23,116 nucleotides of DNA from Octopus sinensis (GCF_006345805.1 NW_021836573.1:1-23116); one strand, 5' to 3'. Positions 11,411 to 22,833 are shown, counted from the stretch's first letter. The notes: generated by a model not told the origin, from the letters alone. Translations and numbers: made by a program.

Positions 11411-11431
11411 AGTCATCGGTAAATATAATAC

Positions 11432-11537
11432 GTGACAATTATTCGGTTGTCAAAATAAAACTGACGAGATGCCGGGGCAGCTTTCTGCCCCGACATCCGA
11501 AACTCATAATTTATTATGGCGACCGCTTAATGGTCAC
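11432..11537 (+). ncRNA. Type I hammerhead ribozyme-like fold (possibly a degenerate Penelope-like-element motif)
   Basis: CTGACGA at 11461-11467; 13-bp stem II 11468-11480/11485-11497 with one mismatch; CGAAAC at 11498-11503; ATA at 11506-11508; stem I cggttgtc..aataaa pairs with tttatt..ggcgaccg and extends to gtgac/gtcac. Confidence 0.5.
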
Positions 11538-11538
11538 A

Positions 11539-11539
11539 G

Positions 11540-11570
<31 letters not shown>

Positions 11571-11606
11571 ATAATATATATATATATATATTATATATAT
11601 ATATAG

Positions 11607-11663
<57 letters not shown>

Positions 11664-11710
11664 TATATATACATATACATATATATATATATACATACCA
11701 TATATTATAT
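11539..11710. repeat. (TA)n microsatellite
   Basis: Direct reading. Confidence 0.9.
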
Positions 11711-11717
11711 AGTGTGT

Positions 11718-11938
11718 GTGTGGAGCCGCAATGGCCCACTGGTTAGGCCAGCGGACTCGCGGTCGTAGGATCGCGGAGGGGGTGGTGATCCCTGCTGTAC
11801 TCTTTCACCTCTCTTTCTCCCACTCTTTCTTCTGTTGGCCTGCTCCCTTAGCCAGCGGTGTGGCGTCGTTCGAAGGCTAAAACAATGCGACCGCATTTTG
11901 ACCAGCGATGTGTAACAGCACCTGATGGTCTGGTCGGT

Positions 11939-11945
<7 letters not shown>
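11718..11945 (+). mobile_element. SINE family C (tRNA-derived) with internal deletion of the B-box region
   Basis: gtggagccgcaatggcccactggttagg (A box) ccagcggactcgcggtcgtaggatcgcgg joined directly to agggggtggtgatccctgctgtactctttc; compare the 1122-1368 copy; inserted in (TA)n. Confidence 0.8.
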
Positions 11946-11970
<25 letters not shown>

Positions 11971-13513
11971 GGGGAGGGTCTAATTCATAATGAGAAGCGA
12001 GGAGCTCCTGGGATGGAAGTGATTATGCGGCATCTTTTCTCATTTGCATCACATCCCCAGACTGCGACATGTAAGTAAATCTGAAGGGCAACTTCGTTTG
12101 GCCCGAGCATTTAGTGGTACATCACTGAAGCGATACATGTTCCTGCTCTCCAGATGTGTAAAACGAAAATCATCACGGTCGAGTTTAACGTAGAATTCTT
12201 ACTGAACACGTTCCGATTTCATGCACTTGAGAAAGAAAGATACTAATAGCAAGATTAATTATTTGGAACAACATTCTTGATTCCGGACTGGAGCTGCCCA
12301 GTTATAAACTTTACTTCTCCAGGTAAAACCTAATTATTAATGTCTGTTGATGTGCCTGTTCTGAGACGACACGGCTTGTAGATTCTTACTATTAACTTAA
12401 TTAATAATTAATCATGCTTTCAAAAATACATTAAGATGATTTTATTAAATCAGGCGTTGCATAAATCTTGGATCATAAATCTATAACAAAATCATTCGAT
12501 TTCTGGAATCTAGTATCGTGTTTGAAAATTTACTGAGTAGATGAAAAACACTAACCTGACCGCTATCTGACTGTGTCTTTTCTTTTCTTCTAATTTTCAA
12601 TATTTGCTTTTTATTAGAAGTAATATATTGTCCGGCAAATGTTTTAGCAATTCTATTGCATTTTACTGAGTTTATTGTATAACTGTACGTTCATAATCCC
12701 AAGTAAACACATCATTCTTATTCAATAAATATTTAATCATTTATTGAACCATTATGATGCCTGCTGGAATTAAAATACACTCAGAATTATAACACGACCA
12801 AATCCTTCTTTGAATTATTTGCGAAAAAATCGTGTAAGAACAAAGGTATTGTCATATTTTAAAATTCCTCCGTGGCCATGTGTTGGCATTTGACGAAAGA
12901 AACATGGATTATAGGTGTTGCATAATCTGTGTTTGTTTGTCTGTCAGTCTATATTTATTTTCCCCCACAATTTTTGCAATTGCCATTGTCGCTGGTAGCA
13001 TGTCGACCATCTTTATTAATGTATTTATGTATACATATGTCATGTGCACAACCATACGTATATAATCATAAATAAAATAAATATATACATTATATTCTTT
13101 GTGTTATTTCGTTCTAAGCAAGAGAAAACACATTGTAATTTGAATTAGGATTAGACTTAAGCAGCAAAGAGGATTTTTTGAAGGATTAAATATGCATTCT
13201 CTAAACTAGAGACATCGAAGCATTTTTGTTTATTGCTCTTTAGATTTTGTATAAGTTTTCTGATATAATTTTGTTTTATTTTTCTAGAAAATAGTTACAT
13301 GACTTTAAAGAAGAATACACTTCAAGAGTTGAATAACGTATTTATCGATTTACCAATTCTCGGCAAATGATGCAAAAGCATTCCAGCTGCAACAATTTCA
13401 ACTTTAATTTATACTTTGTATATCTATGGCTACTTTAATAAAATTCTCCCCCGATTTTCTCAAACATTTCACTGTAGGTTCAGATAGATATTAAGGTTCT
13501 CTTTCTAGTAAGT

Positions 13514-13637
13514 GTGTGGAGGCGGTTGGTTTAGTGGTTTAGGTGTCAGCATCATGTTCGTAAGATTGTGGTTTCGATTCCTGGACCGGGATATGTGTTG
13601 AGTTCTTGAGCAAAACACTTCATTTCACGTTGCTCTG
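13514..13637 (+). mobile_element. tRNA-derived SINE head with CORE-like segment, 3' truncated
   Basis: tggtttagtggttt (A box), ggtttcgattcc (B box), then gttcttgagcaaaacacttcatttcacgttgct. Confidence 0.7.
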
Positions 13638-13978
13638 CGGACATCCATCTCTTCCCCAAGATGTAAATGCACTTAAAAAGTGATCGTTTAACGCCATTGT
13701 CGAGCACAAGATTTTATAGCAGAAGGACATCGACTCGTTTACAGGAAAATACTTCTAGATTCCAAAGGTAACAGGGACACTGGAACAGGTGTATCGCTGC
13801 GTAAGGAGACTTATGAGATGATGTTAAAACTTAGGAATTACGTGATTTTTTTTATTATTAAACATAACCATTCTGCGAACTCTTTGATACCACTTGGCAA
13901 ATTTGTGTATATTTAAGTGTGGATATATTTATTCATATCTGTATGTATGTATGTATGTATGTATGTATGTATGTATGT

Positions 13979-14317
13979 AGGCGTAGGAGTGGCTGTGTGC
14001 TAAGTAGCTTGCTTACCAACCACATGGTTCCAGGTTCAGTCCCACTGCGTGGCACCTTCGGCAAGTGTCTTCTACTATAGCCTCAGGTCGACCAAAGCCT
14101 TGTGAGTGGATTTGGTAGACGGAAACGGATAGTAGCCCGTTGTATATCTGCTGGTGTGTTTATGTTCCCGCATCTTAGCGGTTTCAGGCAAAAGATACCA
14201 ATAGAATATGTACTAGGCATACAAAGAATAAATCCCGGGGGCGATTTGCTCGACTAAAGGCGGTGCTCCAGCATGGCCACAGTCAAATGACTGAAAAAAG
14301 TAAAAGAGTAAAAGAGT
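13979..14317 (+). mobile_element. SINE family A with internal deletion of the microsatellite linker
   Basis: Full head aggcgtaggagtggctgtgtgc and tail gtaaaagagtaaaagag; gcccgttgtatatc is joined to tgctggtgtgttt near 14148; preceded by (TATG)n at 13939-13978. Confidence 0.92.
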
Positions 14318-14706
14318 GTGCATGTATGTTTATGTGTTTGTGTTTTGACCTTTTTTCTTCTATATTTTAATTACTTGAAATCTTTCCGTAGGTTTCTCAG
14401 GAAGATATGGGTCCATTCTGGGAATGTAAAATTTTAAACTTGAGCAATATGCTGCATATATATATATATATTTTTGCTCCTCTTTAAATTTATATGTGTA
14501 TTGTGCATTTAGTGGCCGACATCTGTGCAAGCTTCCACTAAGTACGACTAAGAGTGTAACTATGTAGTTGAGAATCAGTGTTCGCACCCCACAGCTGCAC
14601 CTGTACCTAAATACAACAAAGCTGTATACTTGTCTCACATAGCGGCCATATTCAGCAATATGAAACAATATTAAGCTTAAATTTATAACTAATGTTAAAC
14701 ACTACT

Positions 14707-15071
14707 GGGTTCTGGGTTCAGTCCCACTGCGTGGCATCTTGGGCAAGTGTCTTCTGCTATAGCCCCGGGCCGACCAATGCCTTGTGAGTGGATTTGGTAG
14801 ACGGAAACTGAAAGAAGCCTGTCGTATATATGTATATATATATATGTATATATGTGTATGTGTGTGTGTTTGTCCCCCTAGCATTGCTTGACAACCGATG
14901 CTGATGTGGTTACGTCCCCGTTACTTAGCGGTTCGGCAAAAAGAGACCGATAGAATAAGTACTGGGCTTGCAAAAAGAACAAGTCCCGGGGGTCGATTTG
15001 CTCGACTAAAGGCGGTGCTCCAGCATGGCCGCAGTCAAATGAATTGAAACAAGTAAAAGAGTAAAAGAGTA
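14707..15071 (+). mobile_element. SINE family A, 5' truncated at the B box
   Basis: Collinear with the other copies; possible short TSD taaaca at 14696-14701 and 15073-15078. Confidence 0.93.
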
Positions 15072-15592
15072 ATAAACAGAATACACTTTCGAAGTGTAAC
15101 CGGTCTGGGCTCGTTCAGATTGTATTCCCATCTCTACAATCTTAAATTTGAACTATCCTAATCATTTATCTAAAGTTCACTTGCCTCATAACCTACTTTT
15201 TATTCTATCGGCGTTGTAGTCGTCTGCCATATTTGCAGTCAAGTTTTTGTTTGGGGTTTTGGTTTTTCGTTTCATTGTTCTAATTTTTCTCTCGACGTTT
15301 TCTCGATTTCCGTTATCGTTTATTTTATTTTTTTTTTCCTGAAATCTATTGTTTGGTTATTTTAATTCTTTTAATATTTTTTTTGTTTATTTCCTATTAG
15401 TTTGTTTTTATCATCCTATTTAAAATCTAACAGGATTTAATGAATAAATTATTATAGCAGTCATTCAAATAAGATTATTTCTCGTCAAAATTCTTCATCG
15501 TTTTTTTTTTTGTGTGGTTTTTAGGCAGTAGGTACTAACGTTTTTGTTGGCCGTGTCGTTACTACAACAGTTGCAGAAAGGGCACTAAGGGT

Positions 15593-15616
15593 AGCAGCAG
15601 CAGTAGCAGTAGCAGC

Positions 15617-15660
<44 letters not shown>

Positions 15661-15970
15661 AAATTTCTTCAGGAGTTTGTTCATTACATTTCATTATCTA
15701 TCTATCTATCTATCCATCCATGTATCTATCTATCTTCTATCGATCTAACTCTCGAATAATAATTATATATATTATATATATATATAGTATATATATATAT
15801 ATATCTATATATATATATGTAATATATATATAACATATATATATAATATAGAGAGAGAGAGAGAGAGGCAGACAGACAGACAGAGAGAAACAGACAAGTA
15901 GACAGATAGCTAAGCAGAGATATAGATAGATGAATGAGTGGATACATAGATAGATTAATAGATATACAGA
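15593..15970. repeat. (TAG/CAG)n, (TATC)n, (TA)n, (GA)n, (GATA)n microsatellite cluster
   Basis: Direct reading. Confidence 0.85.
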
Positions 15971-16356
15971 TCGATATTCGTGAGCTTATGAGTTTGGATT
16001 TTCAATTGTAAATGAAATTACGAAAGAAAGTAAGAATTTCGTTTAGAGCTGCAACTTGTACGATAATGAAATCGTAGTCTTGCTTTTACAATGCTAAATT
16101 TTTTTAGACGTGAATAATTGGTCTATCTGCAAGAAATACACTGTTATGCAAATCAGGGATTCCCATCAGCATATATATATATATCAAACTATCATGCACT
16201 GAAAACACGATTGTCGTTGTGCTGCGTGCTTCAAACCAATATTTTAGACTCAAATTCACGACCTGAATGGAATGTTTATGGTATTTCGAATTCGACAAAT
16301 GAGAAATCTTATAACACTCAATATCCGTCCCGTTCCTATGATTTGTTATTTCTAAC

Positions 16357-16471
16357 CTCACGAATTGCCCTATATTCTACTTGTAGAAATCTATCAAAAT
16401 GGCGCCTGTCAATCACCAGATGTTCATCTGCAATGTTGAAACCTCCTTCGATAAATTGGCTTCTCCGTGGT
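16357..16471 (-). CDS. Candidate internal coding exon (115 bp, phase 2 to phase 0), possibly the C-terminal part of a cyclic-nucleotide-binding domain
   Basis: Acceptor ttctttccttcgtacacag|A; donor GAG|gttaga; only one of three frames is open: PRRSQFIEGGFNIADEHLVIDRRHFDRFLQVEYRAIRE; complex sequence among repeats. Domain identity is inference only. Confidence 0.45.
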
Positions 16472-16694
16472 CTGTGTACGAAGGAAAGAATTTTGACATA
16501 TAGGCAAGACAAGCGAATGCATTCTCCAAAATACTACGTATTTTTCAATTCTCTAAAACCATTTTCCGACTCTCAGATTTGCTTTATGTATTATGCAAAA
16601 ATCTATTCTGTGATATACTCTCCTAAGCTGAACTCTTCAAACGAATGTATTTCGCATCTATTAAACACATGCAAATATGCATACATTAATTCAT

Positions 16695-17060
<366 letters not shown>

Positions 17061-17436
17061 ACAGGAACACACTATATATTTAACCGTATTACGTACACTA
17101 CTATTGCTTCGTTAAGTACGAAAACCATATAAATCAATAAATACCATATATTTTATTTCCCTACATTGATATTCGACCATCTTTCTTTTGTATACACAGA
17201 AATAGCATCACTGCAAAAATATTTCTAAAAGAAGCTTAGCTTGAGGTTTCCATTTGAAGTTTAGGGTAATCCTCCGTTTTACGATTGGGTGTAGGTGTTA
17301 TATTCGTATTTTTGGAACAGTTATATAATGTTTTTTCAAGAGTTCCTAGTCTGATGGGGCAAAATGATTCATGGTTATTCAATGCAAATACGAGACATTT
17401 CTTGGTCACGGTCAGATTAACCGTGTAATATTCTTA

Positions 17437-17486
<50 letters not shown>

Positions 17487-17490
17487 TATC

Positions 17491-17894
17491 AGCGTGGCTG
17501 TGTGGTAAGAAGTTTGTACCAACAACATGGTTCTGGATTTACTCACACCGTGTGGTGCGTTGGGCAAGTGTCTTCTGCTATAGCCTCGGGCTAACTAAAT
17601 CCTAGCTATCGGAGTGGATGACGTAGACAGAAACTGAAAGACGCCCGTCGTATATATATTAGATATATATATATATATATACATATATATATAAGCTTGT
17701 GTATCTGTGTTTGTCCCCCACCATCGTTCGACCACAGCGGTGTCAGTTTGATTACGTCGCCGTTACATAGCGCTTCGAGAAAGAGAACCGATTGAATAAG
17801 TACTAGACCTACAAAGAATATGTCATGGAGTCGATTTCTTCGAATATAGGCGTTGCACCAACATGGCCACTCTCAAATTACTGAAACAAATGAG
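17491..17894 (+). mobile_element. SINE family A, older diverged full-length copy
   Basis: cgtggctgtgtggtaagaag...gttgggcaagtgtcttctgctatagcctcggg...linker...ggagtcgatttcttcga...catggccactctcaaattactgaaacaa. Confidence 0.85.
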
Positions 17895-18051
17895 TCGTTA
17901 GTTTGGTCTTTTTTTTTTTTCTCCGGTTGGGTATCGATTACTTATCGATATATTATAGATGTGGTAAATAATCTCAATATAAGTGGTATCGACTTTGAAC
18001 TGTTCAAAAATTCCTTTGCGACCGCTGGTTAGAGGGTCAAATACAAGGAGT

Positions 18052-18287
18052 CGAAATACCAATTTATTTATTACCCACGAGGGGCTAAATACAGAGAGGA
18101 CAAACAAGGACAGACAAACGGATTAAGTCGATTATATCGACCCCAGTGTGTAACTGGTACTTAATTTATCGACCCCGAAAGGATAAAATGCAAAGTAGAA
18201 CTCGGCGGAACTTGAACTCAGAACGTAATGGCAGACGAAATACCCCTAAGCATTTCCCCCGGCGTGCTAATGTTTCTGCTAGCTCGC
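18052..18287 (-). mobile_element. SINE family B (Deu/Nin-like domain)
   Basis: Reverse complement gcgagctagcagaaacattagcacgccggg...gttctgagttcaagttccgccgag...tcctttcggggtcgataaattaagtaccag...gtgggtaataaataaattggtatttcg, collinear with 18769-19008. Confidence 0.92.
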
Positions 18288-18768
18288 TTGGAAGAGCACG
18301 ATAAACATTCTCTCGATTGTGATAATGAAAGACACCTATGAAGATTCTTCCAGAACGTAATTATAAAAACAAATTACTATTTATCACTGCTATATTCCCC
18401 ATTAATACCCTAAGCTTCCATAGTGCTTGGTAGCAGATAAGAAAAGAGTACCCCGAGGCGCTAATATACTCAAAGTAATAAGGTAGGTACTCTCGCACCT
18501 CAATGAACTGCTTGTACGACAACGAACCGTAAGAAATAGAACACGTGTCATCGTTTCGAATAATGACAGATATATTAAATCTCGACTAGATAAAAGTTTA
18601 CAGATTCCTTTTTTTCTCCATGTATCACAGCAAAACGTTCGAAAAATTATTACAACACAAACACCTCTCGATACTGAACCACCAGGATATTCGAAACCAT
18701 AACCCAAAATTTGGCGATTTAACAAAGCTTCTCATATGTAATATACATACAAGGTATATATGTAACTA

Positions 18769-19185
18769 GGCGGCGAGCTGGCAGAATCGTTAGCACACCG
18801 AGCGAAATGCTTAGCGGTATTTCGTCTGCCGTTACGTTCTAAGTTCAAATTCCGCCGAGGTCGACTTTGCCTTTCATCCTTTTGGGGTCGATAAATTAAG
18901 TACCAGTTACGCACTGGGGTCGATGTAATCGACTTAATACCTATGTCTGTCCTTGTTTGTCTCCTCTATGTTTAGCCTCTTGTAGGTAATAAAGAAATAG
19001 GTATTTCGTCTGCCGTTACGTTCTAAGTTCAAATTCCGCCGAGGTCGACTTTGCCTTTCATCCTTTTGGGGTCGATAAATTAAGTACCAGTTACGCACTG
19101 GGGTCGATGTAATCGACTTAATACCTATGTCTGTCCTTGTTTGTCCCGTCTGTGTTTAGCCTCTTGTGGGTAATAAAGAAATAGG
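18769..19185 (+). mobile_element. SINE family B with 184-bp internal tandem duplication, flanked by TSDs
   Basis: Head ggcggcgagctggcagaatcgttagc; units 18816-18999 and 19000-19183; TSD tatatgtaacta(gg) at 18757-18768 and 19186-19197. Confidence 0.95.
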
Positions 19186-19739
19186 TATATGTAACTAGGT
19201 ATCCGTTTTAAGCCTATTTGTCCGCCGTGAGTGTGGATTAATGGAACTTATAACATATTTCTCTGTCCTAAGTGTTGAACATATTAAAGAAAGTAGCGTA
19301 TTTATTGAGAGAATTTTCGGCGGCGTGCAATTTCTTATCATCTTAAAGGATAGCAAAGAAGTGTACTCGTTGTCTAGGTAATGTTGGAACAGATAGGTAA
19401 TCAATTTTCGCTGAATCTTCATTCGATAACAATACAAAAACATAGAACATAGAAAGAAATAGAGCAAATCAGCTCTTTCATTTCAGCATACCGCCTAGAT
19501 GAGGGGAACATATAGGTTTTATTGACTTTAGTTTTTACTATTCATGTAAGATAGATTTGTACTTTGATACCCCTTGAATCAATACGAATGATAAAGCAAT
19601 TAATATATGAAAAATTAATCAACGAAGCCAACGAGGCATATTTTAGATTGTAGTTTCCTATCACAAAAAGGAAAAAAGAATGAGCTACAAAATGAGTGCC
19701 GGCTTCCATAGATGAAAGTGGAAATGAAATTAGAAGATA

Positions 19740-20010
19740 TGTGTAGACACACACACATACACACACACACACGCACGCACGCACACACATGTATATACAT
19801 ATGTGTGTGTGTATAAATACATACATGCGCACACATGTATACGTGTTTAAATATATCTTCATATATATGTGAGTGTGAATACGACGCACACCCACTCAAT
19901 CACTCACACATGCATACACACACGAATATAGTGAAAAAGAAAACAAAAAGAAAGAAAGAAAGAGAGAGAGATACAGAGAGACAGAGAGACAGAGAGAGAG
20001 AGACTGAAAG
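19740..20010. repeat. (CA)n/(TG)n/(GA)n microsatellite cluster
   Basis: Direct reading. Confidence 0.8.
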
Positions 20011-20619
20011 AAAGAGACATTTGTTAAGACAGACTTTCTATGGAGATCTCAAAGAAACAGAAATATCGGAGGGTGATAAAAGCGAAAGAATACAAGAAAC
20101 TTGTGTTTGATGGCGCGAAATCTTGCGAGCAGCTGTTTATCAAACGACGATCGAACACAAATATTATAATATTAGCAAAATCGCAAAACTATATTTTTCC
20201 TCGCCATTGGTTTCGAAAAATTGTACTCACCAAATGCTATATATTAAATATTGATTCACAGAGATACAATTTGTGCTATATTGCATATATCTTGGAATTG
20301 TCTGGTCAACTCCAAGAATTCTAGAAATCAGGTATTTATTTTTCTTTTTGAGGGTTTTCTTTTTACTTCTTGTTTCTATGTGTATGGTTGCGCGAGTGTG
20401 AATCGCTATTTGCACGTGATTCTACATGGATGTGGGTTTGGCTTGTTCATACAGAGAAAAATGTGTTTCTATGTAGATGTATAAAAAAGAAAGTCTTTAT
20501 CAGAAAACTGAGTAACATACGTGTAAGTACACATACATACAGACAGCCACACAAGAATACATACTCATACAAAAACACACACTAAAACCTATATTCATAT
20601 ATCTGCACACACGCATACA

Positions 20620-20690
20620 AACAAACATATATATATATGTATAAACGGGTATACACGTAATGTCATATATATATATATTATATATATATG

Positions 20691-20739
<49 letters not shown>

Positions 20740-20784
20740 TATATATAAATATATATATATTATATATACATATATATATATATC

Positions 20785-20839
<55 letters not shown>

Positions 20840-20857
20840 TGATAGATAGATAGATAA

Positions 20858-20920
<63 letters not shown>
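20620..20920. repeat. (TA)n followed by (GATA)n
   Basis: Direct reading. Confidence 0.9.
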
Positions 20921-21141
20921 TATGTACTTACATATGCACATTATTAAGCATGTTTATAAGTATATATGGTGCCGGGATATCTTCGTTGTACTGTTATCTG
21001 CATTTTTATATAGATATTTTGCGAATCTTAGACGTGCATACAAAACGCTGTCGCCGGATAAAAACTTAATGTAGATAAATACACACTCACGCGCACACAC
21101 ACCCCCACACATGACATATATATATATATATACTATATATA

Positions 21142-21176
<35 letters not shown>

Positions 21177-21374
21177 ATATGTGTGTATGTGTGGTGTGGT
21201 GTGTGTTGTTGTGTTTCTGTATCTTGCTTTTATATATGTAATTGAATATGGATATGAGAGGGAAGCTTCTTTAACCAACGCTGACTTTTTTCGAGAGAAG
21301 AATCTGAGAAGGTTTGTTGCCGGTCAGCAGGTGTAATTGAGGGAGAGAAACCGATTAATGTTCGGTAGAACAGA

Positions 21375-21630
21375 TATAAAAATAAATATATATAATATAT
21401 ATAATATATATATATTATATATATATATATATAATATATATATATATAACATACATATGCCATATAGAAAAAGATATATACGTATATATAAATAAATATA
21501 CGTGTATAAGTACATATGATTGTATGTTTCTATGTATGTATATATATATATATATATAGATATTATATATATATATATATATTATATATATATATATATG
21601 CAAGTATCTATGTGTATATATATATATATA
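21375..21630. repeat. (TA)n-rich microsatellite
   Basis: Direct reading. Confidence 0.9.
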
Positions 21631-22828
21631 GTTCGTATGTGTACATATTATGTAATTCAGTTTCTATTTCGATACCCGCCGCTTGCTGACGACATATTGA
21701 AATTTTGTTATATTTCAATTGTTTGTTCACATACAATACGACCTTTAATATAAAATATATTCGGTTTTAATACAAAGCGTCTGGGAAAGAATTAGAAAGT
21801 TATTAATATTACCTGTATTTTCGTTGCAAAAATAATAATTGTACAACATGTCTGAAACTTAGTTTGTCTTGCTTACAGAAAGTTTAATAAATAATCTTTT
21901 ATGTTTAAACTAAAAACGTATATTGTATTAATACTGTATTTTATATTCTGCAATTGCAGCATATATCTTGAATAATATTTAAATTTACATAGATGACATT
22001 TCTATAAACAATATTTATATTAAAGTTTGCCTATTCCATGTTAATATGTGGTGGTACAACTGATTTGTAGCGGTTTGGCAATTATATTTAGTAGTTCGAA
22101 TAACCACATAAAAGCTTGTATATTTCTAAATGCACGTGCATGTATCATAGAGTAGTGTTAGTTTTTGTAGGCATTGAACATCTAAAGTATTTTCTATTAT
22201 AACTTTGTCTACAATACGATCATAGCCGACATTTCCTCATTCATTTACAATGTGGTAAATGATAATTTCAGTATGTGTTTGTATGTACATGTGTGTGTGT
22301 GTATCCATGTATGTATTACATATATCTACACGTCTAGCCAAATGTCAATTCATATAAAATCATGATTTTTTTTTTTGCAAACACTATCTCTGGAGATAGA
22401 GTCTTAACCAACAACCATTAACAAATTATACGGCAAACAGAAACTATGTCAGGGGAAACGCAATGGTTACAAAAGAAATTTTATATCTGCACGTTAGTGA
22501 GTTTATTGTGCTTTTATTGAAGGCAAAACCATAATCAAATAATGTAGTGCACGGTGGTTTCTTTGTGTGTATGGGGATATATATTTAATGTAGTGTCCCC
22601 AGTTTTTGAATTATTTCTTTAGTTTGGAACTAAAATTCAGATATAACAGAGAAGATTTTTGAGATTCGTAATATCATGTGCCAGACGGAAGAGAATTAAA
22701 CTTGCAGAAGAAACCATATTTACTTTGTAAATTACTTTAATTAAAAATTGTCTATTAATTTAATAAAGTTTCTGACTCATTTCAGCGAAAATATTAATTT
22801 CGTGGAGGAAAATTGGCGATCGTAAAAA

Positions 22829-22833
22829 TCATC

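Noticed and set aside
11990-12325. Splice-like signals (gtaagt at 12071, ctctccag ending 12153) and octamer ATTTGCAT
   Set aside because: Spliced frames hit early stops; short motifs are expected by chance
13514-13590. tRNA gene
   Set aside because: A/B boxes present but no full cloverleaf; continues into SINE body
15533-15592. TACTAAC branch point followed by acag acceptor
   Set aside because: Weak pyrimidine tract, no convincing exon, runs into a microsatellite
18816-19183. CRISPR-like array, or A-to-I editing imprint between the two units
   Set aside because: No spacers; the G alleles are shared with the 18052 copy, so they are ancestral rather than edited
19273-19377. Plus-strand open segment ending AG|gtaatg
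   Set aside because: Weak acceptor (taag) and unrecognisable peptide
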